From positions 25,508-89,507 of the forward strand of contig CAZFJP010000003.1 of the NCBI GenBank assembly GCA_964518965.1: DNA of 64,000 nt, given 5' to 3'. The notes below the pieces were generated by a model. That model did no database searches. It was not told the origin of the DNA and was given only the letters and a program-made list of their open reading frames with translations. This DNA comes from an uncultured Candidatus Saccharibacteria bacterium. GTDB lineage: Bacteria; Patescibacteriota; SOKK01. Positions 17,520-27,328 of this stretch are shown piece after piece (positions within the stretch are counted from its first letter, which is position 1; every line of letters begins with the position of its first letter). The position numbers and the translations under genes are program-made.

Positions 17520-19301
17520 ATGATTATAATAAGAAGAGATCCAATTTCAAGACTTAGATCTCCTCGAGATGGCGAAAAAGGATCTTTTTTTAGTAAGCTC
17601 TTTAATAAATTCTCTTTTTTCCGGTATTATCTCAAGTTAGTCCCAGCTACCTTAACACGAAGAGATAAAATTATTGTTACTATTCTTATATGGGTGATTT
17701 TAATTTCTGTAATGGGATTAGGTTTGCGATTTTATTTAAATCACTCTCATATTGTGCCGGCAAGTGGCGGTAGTTATGTTGAGGGAGTTGTTGGCAAACC
17801 AAAATATATCAATCCCCTTCTGTGTCAAACTAATGATGCTGACCGTGATCTTTGTAGTTTGATTTTTGCTGGTCTTGTCAAATATAATGTCAATCGGCAA
17901 ATTGAAGGAGATCTTGCCGAAAAATGGAAGGTTGATAGGTCAGGAAGAATTTATACTTTTTATTTAAAGGATAATCTCAAGTGGCAAGACGGCCAGGAGC
18001 TTACTGCTTACGATGTTGTCTTTACGATTCAATTAATTCAACATCCTGATTACCCTGGAACTCTAAAAACTAGCTGGAACAAGGTAAAGGTGAAAGCATT
18101 AGATAAGAAAACTGTTTGCTTTACTCTTCAAGATGCCTATACTGACTTTTTATCTAATGCTATGGTGGGGATTTTACCCAAGCATCTTTGGGAAAAGGTT
18201 GATCCAAAGAATTTATTAACTGCTGAGCGTAACCTCAATCCAGTTGGTGCGGGACCCTATCGCTATAAGGAGTTGCAGATTAAGGAAGCAGAAAATCTTG
18301 TTATGGTACGACTTGTTAGGTTTAATGATTATCGGGGTAAGAAACCCTATCTCGATGAAATTACTTTGCGGTTTTATCCTGATTTGGAACGGCTGCGGAC
18401 TGCTTTAAGCAAAAAAGAATTTGAAGGCACTTTTGATCTCAAGGGGAAAGAAGCACGAAAATTAACCCAAGATTTAGGTTATCCAGAATACCATTTTGGC
18501 ACTCCTCAGTACATTGCGGTTTTCTTTAATCAGCAGAAGAGTGACATTTTGGAAGATCCACTAGTACGTAAGGCTCTTAATTTAAGTGTTGAGCGTAATA
18601 AAATTATTCGAGAAATTTTTGACGGCGAAGCGAATCTAATCAACTCGCCAATTCTCTCACACTTTCCCGGTTTTCAGAAGTCTTTTGCCCGCAATCCGTA
18701 TAACTCAAGGCAGGCGCAAAAATTACTTTTACAAGCGGGATTTCGTCTTAACAAGCAAACCGGTGTTAGAGAAAAGGCCGGGAAAAAATTGGCATTTAGT
18801 TTAGTAACGAGTGACCAAGACGAATTTATTCGGGTTGCGGAGAGTTTACGTAGTGATTTTGAGAAAGTCGGCGTGGAAGTGAGTTTGAAAATCTATACCG
18901 TTGGTTCAATTCAGCAGGATCAGATTCGCCCCCGTGACTATCAAGCACTGCTCTTTGGTGAGAACCTTGGACCGGATTCAGATTTGTATCCTTTCTGGCA
19001 TTCTACTCAGGTTAGTGATCCTGGTTTAAACTTGTCGCTTTTCAGTAATTCTGAAGCTGATATTTTACTTGAAGCCAATCGCCAAACTAGGAGTTTGAAG
19101 CAAAAAGGTCGTAATAATCAAGAGTTGTTTAAGATTTTTAGTCGGGAGATACCTGCAATTTTTCTCGTTAACCCAACTAAAAAGTATCTAATTTCCTCAA
19201 GAATTAAAGGAATTCGGGAGGGAATGGTAGCAACACCGGCGGATCGTTTCCTTGGGATTAGTGAGTGGTATATTAGAGGTGAGAGAGAGTGGGGGAAATA
19301 G
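17520..19301 (+). CDS. ABC transporter substrate-binding protein, family 5 (peptide/nickel, OppA-like), membrane-anchored
   Basis: N-terminal TM helix. Family-5 SBP-like regions are present. Size of 593 aa fits. Confidence 0.6.
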   Translation: MIIIRRDPISRLRSPRDGEKGSFFSKLFNKFSFFRYYLKLVPATLTRRDKIIVTILIWVILISVMGLGLRFYLNHSHIVPASGGSYVEGVVGKPKYINPLLCQTNDADRDLCSLIFAGLVKYNVNRQIEGDLAEKWKVDRSGRIYTFYLKDNLKWQDGQELTAYDVVFTIQLIQHPDYPGTLKTSWNKVKVKALDKKTVCFTLQDAYTDFLSNAMVGILPKHLWEKVDPKNLLTAERNLNPVGAGPYRYKELQIKEAENLVMVRLVRFNDYRGKKPYLDEITLRFYPDLERLRTALSKKEFEGTFDLKGKEARKLTQDLGYPEYHFGTPQYIAVFFNQQKSDILEDPLVRKALNLSVERNKIIREIFDGEANLINSPILSHFPGFQKSFARNPYNSRQAQKLLLQAGFRLNKQTGVREKAGKKLAFSLVTSDQDEFIRVAESLRSDFEKVGVEVSLKIYTVGSIQQDQIRPRDYQALLFGENLGPDSDLYPFWHSTQVSDPGLNLSLFSNSEADILLEANRQTRSLKQKGRNNQELFKIFSREIPAIFLVNPTKKYLISSRIKGIREGMVATPADRFLGISEWYIRGEREWGK

Positions 19302-19403
19302 AGACAAAAATCAAAGGTAAAAATAAAGGATTGTTTGAATCATGAGATCTTTAGTCCAAATTTTTACCTTTTGTTTTCACTTTTGTTTTTTTGATTTTTA
19401 GCC

Positions 19404-20324
19404 ATGTTTATTACAACTGCCAGTAGAGTTATAAAGATGGGTTTCGTTAGTTTTTGGCGAAATAGTTTTTTGAGCCTAACTACCACTGCTATTGTTACAC
19501 TTACTTTACTTGTGATTAGTTCAGTGGTAATTATTAGTTTTTTGGGAAATATTGCCTTGAGTTCTATTCAAGATAAGATTGATATCAGTGTTTATTTTAA
19601 GCATTCCACTACTGATCAAGAAATTATGGCAATTCGGGAAAAGCTTTTAATTTTAGCGGAGGTAAAAAGTGTGGAATTTGTTTCACGCGAGAAAGCTCTG
19701 GAGAGATTTAAGGAGGAACATAAAGACGATGCTTTAGTTATTGGATCATTAAAAGGAGCAAACAATCCTCTTCCGGCTAGTTTGGAAATTAAAGCAAAAG
19801 ATCCTGGTCAATATGAAACAGTCGTGCAGGTTCTCAAAGATCCTTTTTATGAATCACTCATTGCCCAGGATGGTATCAATTATTATCAGAATAAAGCTAA
19901 AATTGATCGATTAGCTTCTGCTACTACTTTTATGCGCAAAGTAGGTTTTGGTTTGAGTTTGGGATTTATCCTGATTGCTCTTCTGGTGGTATTTAATTCT
20001 ATCCGAGTGACGATTTATACTCGTCGGGAAGAAATTGAAATTATGCAATTGGTTGGTGCTAGTAGTTGGTACATTCGCTGGCCCTTTGTTTTAGAAGGCG
20101 CGCTGTACGGGATTTTTGCTGCGGTGATCTGTTTTGCAGTTATTATTCCTCTTATTTACTTTTTCTCTCCGCAGGTAATGAAATATCTCGGTGGAGAGGG
20201 AGTAAATATGATTGGTGCTTTGAAAAGTAGTTTAATTATTTTGGTGGTTTTTCAGTTTTTAATGGGGATCGTAATTGGGATAGGGAGTAGTTTGGTGGCA
20301 ATTCACCGCCATCTGAAAATATGA
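19404..20324 (+). CDS. ftsX: Cell-division ABC transporter permease FtsX
   Basis: Topology of N-terminal TM, periplasmic domain, then three C-terminal TM helices. FtsX-like C-terminal sequence. Confidence 0.7.
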   Translation: MFITTASRVIKMGFVSFWRNSFLSLTTTAIVTLTLLVISSVVIISFLGNIALSSIQDKIDISVYFKHSTTDQEIMAIREKLLILAEVKSVEFVSREKALERFKEEHKDDALVIGSLKGANNPLPASLEIKAKDPGQYETVVQVLKDPFYESLIAQDGINYYQNKAKIDRLASATTFMRKVGFGLSLGFILIALLVVFNSIRVTIYTRREEIEIMQLVGASSWYIRWPFVLEGALYGIFAAVICFAVIIPLIYFFSPQVMKYLGGEGVNMIGALKSSLIILVVFQFLMGIVIGIGSSLVAIHRHLKI

Positions 20325-20350
20325 TAATTGGTAAGGAAGTGTTGAGGAAA

Positions 20351-20384
20351 CAAAAAACAGTGCCATTTTAGGCACTATTTTTTG
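20351..20384. terminator. Bidirectional rho-independent terminator
   Basis: A-run, then CAGTGCC-atttta-GGCACTA, then T-run. Confidence 0.6.
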
Positions 20385-20475
20385 TAAGTAAGGGCTTGTC
20401 CTGCAATGGGTGTTGCAGGAGCGAGGTTGCCCCTCCACTGTCGGGCATGAGCGCCAGGTATTCCTGAAACAAGAA
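20352..20475 (-). ncRNA. Candidate small structured RNA (GC-rich, about 125 nt) with its own sigma70-like promoter and terminator
   Basis: Minus-strand promoter: TTGACA (20501-20506 rc) plus a 17 nt spacer plus TAAACT (20478-20483 rc). A GC-rich segment with internal hairpins follows. It ends at the bidirectional terminator. Confidence 0.3.
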
Positions 20476-20641
20476 CTAGTTTAGCACACAAAAATCTCCT
20501 TGTCAAGAAATATGCGATTTATTTGACAAAAACGGTTATTTTTGGTAAGATTAAGAAGAAAGGGGAAGAATCCCGAAATTAGCGATAAATTAGTAAAGTT
20601 TTGATTATAAGCTAATTTCAGGTTTCTTTTTCCTTCTCAAT

Positions 20642-21799
20642 ATGCTTCAACAAAGCTCCAAAAGAGTTTACTCTAAAACCAAGAGATTTGTGATATCTTG
20701 CTTGGTTTTTCTTTTTATTGTAGTTTTTTGTGTTCCCAAAGTAGAGGCAGATTCCTTGAATCAGAAACAGTGGGAGTTAGACCAAATTAATCAGAAAATT
20801 GCTGAGTATCAGAAGCAAATTGATGCTAAGCAGAGTAAGATTAATTCTCTGAACAGTCAAATTAGCTTGATGAACAGTCAGATTGCTAAGTTAAATCTAG
20901 AGATCAAAGCGACTGATTTAGAGATTAAACAAAACGGGGTAAAGATTAAAGAAGTTACGGAAAAGATTGTAACCAAACAAAAGGAAATCAAACACCAGAC
21001 CGAAATTGTCGGGCGTTTGATTCTCTTAATGTACCAACAGGAACAAAAGGGGTTGTTGGAAATTATTTTGGAGAGTAACAATTTTTCGCACTTTCTTGAC
21101 CAGTTGACTTATCTTGAAATTGTTGAGAAACAAGGTCAGGAGGCACTTGATTACTTGAAAAAATTAAAAGAGGAATTAGATAAGGAAAAGAAAACTTTAG
21201 TAGAAGCAAAAAAGACTTTAAATAAATTAAAGGATAAACAAATTGCTCAGAAGCAAAGTTTAGTTTCTCAAAAGAATACTAAAAATCAATTACTTGCTAA
21301 AACTCGCGGTGAAGAAGCGGCTTATCAGGCAATGATTCAAGAAAGTTATCGCCAAGCAGCAGTAGTTCAGGCACAAATCGCGGAAATTATTGCTCGCCGT
21401 ACCGGTTCTGCTCCCCATGGTGGCTATGGCACTGGTGGTTATCCTTGGCATGGTCAGCATGGAGTTGATCCGTGGGGCTTTTATATGGGACAATGTACTT
21501 CTTATGCTGCTTGGAAATGGTCTACTTTAGGTCGGACGGTTACTTGGAGAGGCCATGCTCGTGATTGGGCTTCCCGCGCCGCGGCACAAGGATATCGAGT
21601 TGATCAGTCGCCACGTTCGGGAAACATCATTTGTTTCTTGGATTTATCTTATTATGGTCATGTTGGTATCGTCGAATCAGTTTCCGGAAGCCAAGTGACT
21701 TTTACTGATTATAACGGCTGGGGTGGTTCGGAAGAGTTTGGTTGGGGAACAATTAATTATCGCAGTGGACAATGGGGAAGGATTTATTTCATTCATTAA
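20642..21799 (+). CDS. Secreted coiled-coil plus C-terminal CHAP-domain peptidoglycan hydrolase (PcsB-like)
   Basis: Signal/TM segment, about 230 aa of coiled-coil, then a CHAP catalytic region (CTSYAAWKW...GHVGIVESV). It lies immediately downstream of ftsX. A possible + promoter is TTGACA(20523)-17 nt-TAAGAT. Confidence 0.6.
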   Translation: MLQQSSKRVYSKTKRFVISCLVFLFIVVFCVPKVEADSLNQKQWELDQINQKIAEYQKQIDAKQSKINSLNSQISLMNSQIAKLNLEIKATDLEIKQNGVKIKEVTEKIVTKQKEIKHQTEIVGRLILLMYQQEQKGLLEIILESNNFSHFLDQLTYLEIVEKQGQEALDYLKKLKEELDKEKKTLVEAKKTLNKLKDKQIAQKQSLVSQKNTKNQLLAKTRGEEAAYQAMIQESYRQAAVVQAQIAEIIARRTGSAPHGGYGTGGYPWHGQHGVDPWGFYMGQCTSYAAWKWSTLGRTVTWRGHARDWASRAAAQGYRVDQSPRSGNIICFLDLSYYGHVGIVESVSGSQVTFTDYNGWGGSEEFGWGTINYRSGQWGRIYFIH

Positions 21800-21868
21800 T
21801 TATTGAAGATAATAAACGAGAGTAGTAGTTGAAAAGGTAGGGGGATTTATTATTATTTAATTTAGTAA

Positions 21869-23065
21869 TTGATCATTAATTTAATGGGTGATTATTTAGA
21901 AAGAAAAGTAATTCGTTTTTTGAAGAAGCATCAGAATGGAGTGTTAGTTTTAATGGCGACGATGTTTCTGTTTTTAATTGCCTTGGGTCAGGTTCTGCCA
22001 ACGCAAGCAGCTTTGACTTTTGAATCAAAAGAGAAACCTCATCCGGTGTGGGATCATGTTGTAACGAAAGTAGCGATTTCCTTTGCTGATCAAAAATACC
22101 ATTTTTTTACTCGAGCGAACAGCTTGCAGGAAGCATTGGTAAAGCAAGGGTTAATCTTGGATCAACGTGATCTGGTTGAACCCAGTCCCAAGACAGTTCT
22201 TTCTGGCGGGGAGTTAAGTGTCTCAGTGGATAAAGCTGAACCTGTAGTAGTGATTGATAATAACTTGCGTTTTGAAACTAAGGCATGTGGAGAAACTGTT
22301 GGTGAGATTTTGGATAATCTCAAGTTGAAGATTCATCCCAAAGATATTGTAATGCCGCCCAAAGATAGTGTCTATCTTCCCGGTAGTGAAATTGCGATCG
22401 CCCGTGCTAAACGAGTTACTATTTTTAATTATGACCAAGAAATTAGGTATTATACTAATGCCGGTACTGTTGGTGACGTTTTGAGAGAAGTAGGAATTGC
22501 GCTAAAATCTATAGATCAAATCAAACCTAGCTTGAATCATAGTGTTTCCGACCGTTTGGTAATTCATATTTTCCATAAGGGGGAAGAGATTCTCACGGAA
22601 AAAGTACCGATTGCTTATCAGGTAACTTATCAGGATGATCCTAACCTTCCGGTCGGCGAGCAAATTATTGTCCAGCAGGGAAGGGATGGGGAAAAAGAAC
22701 AAACCTTAAAAGTCGTTCGCTATAACGGTCGCATTGTTCAGTATCTGGTTTTACGAGAGAAAGTGCTCAAAGAGCCCCGATCAGCAATTATCAAACGTGG
22801 TATCAAGTTTGAGGGTGTTTCCGAGACCGGTTATGCTAGTTGGTATGATTGGGTCAGCGGCATGACGGCAGCGCATCGCACTTTGCCCAAAGGAACAAGG
22901 GTGAGAGTGATTAATCTAGACAATGGTCGTTCCTGCATCGTTACCATTATTGATCGCGGTCCTTGGAAACCAGAGCGTATTATTGATGTCTCAAAACAGG
23001 CAGCGGGAGTGTTGGGATTTATTTCGCGGGGGGTGGCGTTGGTGAGGATTGAAGTGTTACATTAA
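21869..23065 (+). CDS. YabE-like secreted protein: DUF348/G5-like region plus a C-terminal RlpA-like double-psi beta-barrel (lytic transglycosylase-like)
   Basis: C-terminal sequence YASWYDW...TAAHRTLPKGTRVRVINLDNGRSCIVTIIDRGPW...IDVSKQAA is typical of RlpA/3D-type DPBB. N-terminal TM helix. Confidence 0.6.
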   Translation: MIINLMGDYLERKVIRFLKKHQNGVLVLMATMFLFLIALGQVLPTQAALTFESKEKPHPVWDHVVTKVAISFADQKYHFFTRANSLQEALVKQGLILDQRDLVEPSPKTVLSGGELSVSVDKAEPVVVIDNNLRFETKACGETVGEILDNLKLKIHPKDIVMPPKDSVYLPGSEIAIARAKRVTIFNYDQEIRYYTNAGTVGDVLREVGIALKSIDQIKPSLNHSVSDRLVIHIFHKGEEILTEKVPIAYQVTYQDDPNLPVGEQIIVQQGRDGEKEQTLKVVRYNGRIVQYLVLREKVLKEPRSAIIKRGIKFEGVSETGYASWYDWVSGMTAAHRTLPKGTRVRVINLDNGRSCIVTIIDRGPWKPERIIDVSKQAAGVLGFISRGVALVRIEVLH

Positions 23066-23119
23066 TAAATAATAGATTTTATAATTGTAGAGACGTGCCA
23101 TGGTACGTCTCTACTTTGT

Positions 23120-23902
23120 TTGAATAAGGTGATGGTTAGTAGTCAACGATTTAGGGCAAAAAAGTCTCTCGGTCAACATTTTTTGGTGGATTTAAACGTT
23201 GTTGATAAAATTATTGCAGCGCTTGACTTGAAAGATAATGACATTGTTCTTGAAATCGGTCCTGGTAAAGGGATTTTAACCGAATCAATTTTGCCGGAGG
23301 TAAAAAAAGTAATTGCGGTGGAGAAAGATAATCAATTATCAGAGGAATTAGCAAGGCGTTTCGGAACTAATGTTAATTTTGAACTGGTACGAGCTGACTT
23401 TTTGGATTGGAATCTTTCAAGATTGCAGCATTTTAAGATTAAAGTAGTTGGCAATCTTCCTTATAATCAAAGCAAGCCAATTTTACGTCGGCTTTTAGAA
23501 TCGCAGCTAAATGTTGAGTTAGTGGTTTTGATGTTACAGCGAGAAGTGGCCGAGAAAATTTTGAATCCTATTAAGAATAATTTATTTAGCTTAATGATTT
23601 CAGTATTTGCTAAAGCGGAGAAAATAATTTTGGTGAAGCCAAACGCGTTTGTTCCGCAACCGAAAGTAGATTCGCTTATAATCAAACTAGTTCCTTATCA
23701 AAAGCCATTGATTATAAAAGAAGACCAACTACAATTTTTTGCTTTAATTAAAAAAGCTTTTCGCTTTCCACGCAAAAAGCTTTTGAACAATTTACCGGAG
23801 TTGAGAGAGGTAGATTTAACTAGAATCGGATTAAATCCAAATGTAAGGGCGGAGGATTTACGGTTAGATCAGTGGATAGAGCTGTTAAGATTATCTAGAT
23901 AA
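23120..23902 (+). CDS. rsmA: 16S rRNA (adenine1518/1519-N6)-dimethyltransferase RsmA/KsgA
   Basis: SLGQHFLVD...ILEIGPGKGILTE...GNLPYN motifs. Confidence 0.75.
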   Translation: MNKVMVSSQRFRAKKSLGQHFLVDLNVVDKIIAALDLKDNDIVLEIGPGKGILTESILPEVKKVIAVEKDNQLSEELARRFGTNVNFELVRADFLDWNLSRLQHFKIKVVGNLPYNQSKPILRRLLESQLNVELVVLMLQREVAEKILNPIKNNLFSLMISVFAKAEKIILVKPNAFVPQPKVDSLIIKLVPYQKPLIIKEDQLQFFALIKKAFRFPRKKLLNNLPELREVDLTRIGLNPNVRAEDLRLDQWIELLRLSR

Positions 23903-24416
23903 TCTCATCTGCCAATTCTTTAAGACCTTTACTCTTCTCCAGTTCTTCAATCATAATATAGTGCGGCGTTACTTTGATGATCTTATTCCAAGGAATCAAG
24001 CGCTCCGTTTCTAGAAGACCTTTGAGGGAGGTGATCTCAATAGAGAGGCGACTGATCTGACCAATCTCTAAATCTAAAGTCAGGTCAAGCACTTTGCCGA
24101 TTTTCCGTTTTTGAGTATTAACCACTTTTTGATCAACCCATTTGAAATGTTGTTTTAGGATTTCCTGCACCCGCACAATTTCTTCAACGGGAATTAGGGA
24201 CTGGTTATTCTGAATAAGAATAAATTCTTCTTCCCACTTTAGAATATCTTGAGGGAGTAAAGCTAATTTGGGACTAAAAAATCCTGTTTTGATGAGCAAG
24301 CACAGAATTTTGCCATCTTGGGGATTAATGGCAAGATCAAGGACACTTCCCACTTTTACTTCTTGGTCTAGGGAAACTATTGGTAAATCTTTAATTGTAC
24401 TGAAATTAACTAACAT
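23895..24416 (-). CDS. PRC-barrel domain protein (two repeats)
   Basis: Two PRC-like segments (VGSVLDLAINPQDGKI... and IGKVLDLTLDLEIGQI...). Confidence 0.4.
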   Translation of the reverse strand: MLVNFSTIKDLPIVSLDQEVKVGSVLDLAINPQDGKILCLLIKTGFFSPKLALLPQDILKWEEEFILIQNNQSLIPVEEIVRVQEILKQHFKWVDQKVVNTQKRKIGKVLDLTLDLEIGQISRLSIEITSLKGLLETERLIPWNKIIKVTPHYIMIEELEKSKGLKELADEII

Positions 24417-24442
24417 AAAGCTCCCCCTGGAATTATTTGGAC

Positions 24443-24631
24443 TTAATCAATCCAGATACAACCCAGTGGGCAGTTCTCAGCGCAGGTACCATCGCCATCG
24501 CAGTTCTCGGGATGGATGACTCTTACTTTTCCATCCTCAATCCTTAAGACATTTCGTTTGCAGGTCTCAACGCACTTTCCGCAGTTATTACAGACGCTGT
24601 AATCAATTTCTGGTGTTAAATTGGAGTCCAT
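24443..24631 (-). CDS. 4Fe-4S ferredoxin
   Basis: CNNCGKCVETC and CDGDGTCAENCP cysteine clusters in a 62 aa protein. Confidence 0.65.
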   Translation of the reverse strand: MDSNLTPEIDYSVCNNCGKCVETCKRNVLRIEDGKVRVIHPENCDGDGTCAENCPLGCIWID

Positions 24632-24753
24632 AACTTTTGGTTAAGTTCCCTTTTGATAATAGCATAAAAGCAATGGGTAATGTATAATGGCTAATGAATG
24701 ATAGGCAATCGCTCATTAGTCATTAATCATTAGTCATTAATCATTATTTTTTT

Positions 24754-25575
24754 ATGTCTATTATTCAAGCAATTGTTTTAGGTATTGTTCAGGGAATTAC
24801 CGAGTTTTTACCAATTAGTTCATCCGGTCACTTGGTAATAATAGAGGATGTTTTGGGTTGGGAAAATCCCGGGATCTTTTTTGATGTTGTTCTGCATTGG
24901 GGTACTCTTATTGTATTGTTAGTTTATTTTCGGAAGGAATGGGTTAGGTTAATCAAAATGCTTCCCGATTTCTTTCGTTCTTTTTCGGGAAAAGCAGCAT
25001 TAAAGACAGAAGAATTTTTGTTAACAAAAGTATTAGTCGGTATTATTCCCGCAGTAATAGTTGGATTTTTTACTGCTGATCTTTTGGAAAAATATTTTCG
25101 TAATCTTTTTGTTGTAGCTGGCTGGATGTTTCTAATGGGAATTGTGTTTATTTTTGCTGAATCTGTAGCAAAACTGCACAAACGTTTAGCGGAGATTACT
25201 CTTTTAGATTCTCTGATTATCGGTGTAGCTCAAATTTTTGCTCTCATTCCAGGAGTTTCTCGTTCAGGAGTTACAATTAGTGCGGCATTGCTGCGGGGGG
25301 TGCGCCGAGCAATAGCGGCTAAGTTTTCCTTTATGATGGGTGCACCATTGATTTTTGGAGCAGGGCTTTATTCTTTCGTACGTTTTATTCAGAAGGGTGT
25401 TTTTCAGGAAAGCATTTGGTTTTTTATTGCTGGTTTTCTTGCGGCAGTTGTATTTAGCTACCTAGCAGTAGGGTTTTTGATGCGTTATTTAAGAAAGCAC
25501 TCACTTTTTGCTTTTGCCTATTACCTTTTTGCAGTGGCAATAGTGCTTGTGGTATTGGGAATTGTAGCTTTATAG
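24754..25575 (+). CDS. uppP: Undecaprenyl-diphosphatase
   Basis: N-terminus MSIIQAIVLGIVQGITEFLPISSSGHLVI is typical of UppP/BacA. Confidence 0.8.
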   Translation: MSIIQAIVLGIVQGITEFLPISSSGHLVIIEDVLGWENPGIFFDVVLHWGTLIVLLVYFRKEWVRLIKMLPDFFRSFSGKAALKTEEFLLTKVLVGIIPAVIVGFFTADLLEKYFRNLFVVAGWMFLMGIVFIFAESVAKLHKRLAEITLLDSLIIGVAQIFALIPGVSRSGVTISAALLRGVRRAIAAKFSFMMGAPLIFGAGLYSFVRFIQKGVFQESIWFFIAGFLAAVVFSYLAVGFLMRYLRKHSLFAFAYYLFAVAIVLVVLGIVAL

Positions 25576-25676
25576 AGTAGCTAATCTCGGATTTTAAGAT
25601 TCAAGGTTGCCCAACTTTAAAAATTTGAACTTTAAGCTTCTTTCTTCTGGTAGATATAACTTTTAACCATTTATAA

Positions 25677-26297
25677 ATGTTTGCGGAAATCATCACTGTT
25701 GTTAGTGACTTTATTATTACGCTCATCTCAAGTTTGGGCTATTTTGGAGTGGTAATTGCAATGGCAATTGAGAGTGCCTGTATCCCTCTTCCTTCCGAGA
25801 TTATCTTACCCTTCTCGGGTTTTTTAGTTTATCAAGGGCGGTTTAATTTGTGGCTGGCAGCACTGGCGGGAACGCTTGGTTGCTTAATTGGTTCATTGGT
25901 TGCTTATTACATTGGTGTTTGGGGTAGTCGGCCATTAGTGGAAAAGTACGGTAGGTATATTTTGATCTCTCATCACGATTTGGATTGGGCAGACCGTTGG
26001 TTTAAAAAGTATGGCGAGGTTACAATTTTCTTCAGTCGGCTTCTTCCAATTATCCGTACCTTTATCTCGCTACCAGCAGGGATTGCCAAGATGAACATCT
26101 GGCGCTTTATTATTTATACAGTGTTAGGTTCTTTCCCATGGTGCTTGTTTTTGGTTTATGTTGGCTATCGTTTGGGAGCGCACTGGGAAAATATTAAAAC
26201 TTATTTTCATCGTTTTGATTTGGTGATTGGGATTGTTTTGATTTTAGGAGCTGGGTGGTATGTGGGGAGGCATATTAAAAATTTAAGAAAAGGATAG
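25677..26297 (+). CDS. DedA family membrane protein
   Basis: DedA-like core (MAIESACIPLPSEIILPFSGFLV... G.W) with about 5 TM helices. Confidence 0.65.
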   Translation: MFAEIITVVSDFIITLISSLGYFGVVIAMAIESACIPLPSEIILPFSGFLVYQGRFNLWLAALAGTLGCLIGSLVAYYIGVWGSRPLVEKYGRYILISHHDLDWADRWFKKYGEVTIFFSRLLPIIRTFISLPAGIAKMNIWRFIIYTVLGSFPWCLFLVYVGYRLGAHWENIKTYFHRFDLVIGIVLILGAGWYVGRHIKNLRKG

Positions 26298-26380
26298 AGT
26301 AGATAATTATTTTAAATTATTTTAGGATTTCAAAAACGCTTCAGAATACAGAAGCGTTTTTTGATTAGATTTCATTTTGT

Positions 26381-26644
26381 TTAATAATGATGCCGGATGG
26401 GGAATTCCCTCCTTGTTTTTTTAAAAAACCATTGATAGATTCCGTAGAGCCAGCTGAAAACAAAGAGGATGCTTGTTATGAATACGCCCCATTGGTGATT
26501 GATAATTGCAGTAATAATCCAAAATGGTTGTGAAAAGAGTCCGATAACGAATCCCCATTTATTCTTTTTTCCAACAAGAATGATTGCGCTTACTGACATT
26601 ACTGTTAAACCAATTTGAGCAATGAAATCAAGATCAATGTTCAT
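26381..26644 (-). CDS. Small hypothetical membrane protein
   Basis: 87 aa with 3 TM segments. Overlaps the downstream co-directional gene by 11 nt. Confidence 0.35.
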   Translation of the reverse strand: MNIDLDFIAQIGLTVMSVSAIILVGKKNKWGFVIGLFSQPFWIITAIINHQWGVFITSILFVFSWLYGIYQWFFKKTRREFPIRHHY

Positions 26645-27326
26645 TTTTTGTTAAAATTAACTTATTTAGATACATGAATGGGATATTGATTAGACCAACC
26701 AGCCATTTGACTAGCATTTGTCCCAGTATTAGTGTTCCCAGTGGCATTAGCCCTGCGAAAGCAAGAGGAATAAAAATAAGTGTGTCTAACGCTAAAGCGG
26801 GGATGGAACTAAAGGCATTGCGACTCCAAAGATATTTTCCTTTCGTAAGTTTTTTAAACCAGGCAAAAACATAAGCGTCAAAATTTTCAGAAATGAGAAA
26901 AGCAATCCAACTTGCGAGGGTGATTCTTGGAACGAGGTTGAAAATTTTTTCCCAACTTTCCTGCAAGTTCCAAAATGGCGCCGGTGGGAATTTTACTCCC
27001 AGCCAGAAAAAGAAGACCATTGTTATCTGTGAAACAAAAGCAATTAAAATCATTTTTTGGGTCTCTTTGCGCCCAAATTTTTCATTGACAATATCGGTAA
27101 GGAGATAGGTAATTGAGAAAACAATTAAGCCACTGGGTCCACTGAATTCTCTGAAACCAAGGTCAAAGGTAGATATTTTAGCCGCGAGAACTTGAGCTAC
27201 CAAAACAAAAGTAACATAAAGTCCGATTAATAAGTCGGGCTTTTGAAACTTGCGTGCATAAAAACTGCCGAGAAGAGTAATTGAGGTAATACCAACAATC
27301 CAAAGGATGAGAAGAGTAATTGACAT
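26634..27326 (-). CDS. Queuosine-precursor transporter family (YhhQ/DUF165)-like membrane protein
   Basis: Polytopic membrane protein carrying a TDIVNEKFG motif of the D..NE.YG type. Confidence 0.5.
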   Translation of the reverse strand: MSITLLILWIVGITSITLLGSFYARKFQKPDLLIGLYVTFVLVAQVLAAKISTFDLGFREFSGPSGLIVFSITYLLTDIVNEKFGRKETQKMILIAFVSQITMVFFFWLGVKFPPAPFWNLQESWEKIFNLVPRITLASWIAFLISENFDAYVFAWFKKLTKGKYLWSRNAFSSIPALALDTLIFIPLAFAGLMPLGTLILGQMLVKWLVGLINIPFMYLNKLILTKNEH

Positions 27327-27328
27327 GA

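Noticed and set aside
20380-20470. Possible SRP (4.5S) RNA or 6S RNA
   Set aside because: It lacks the conserved SRP domain IV motifs (GGAAG...AGCAG) and is too short for 6S. Kept only as an unclassified sRNA candidate.
24640-24750. Tandem cattagtcattaat repeats upstream of uppP (similar tracts lie upstream of lgt at 48548-48585)
   Set aside because: Considered as a CRISPR-like or mini-array. There are only 2-3 short AT-rich direct repeats, with no spacers and no cas genes. More likely promoter-proximal AT tracts.
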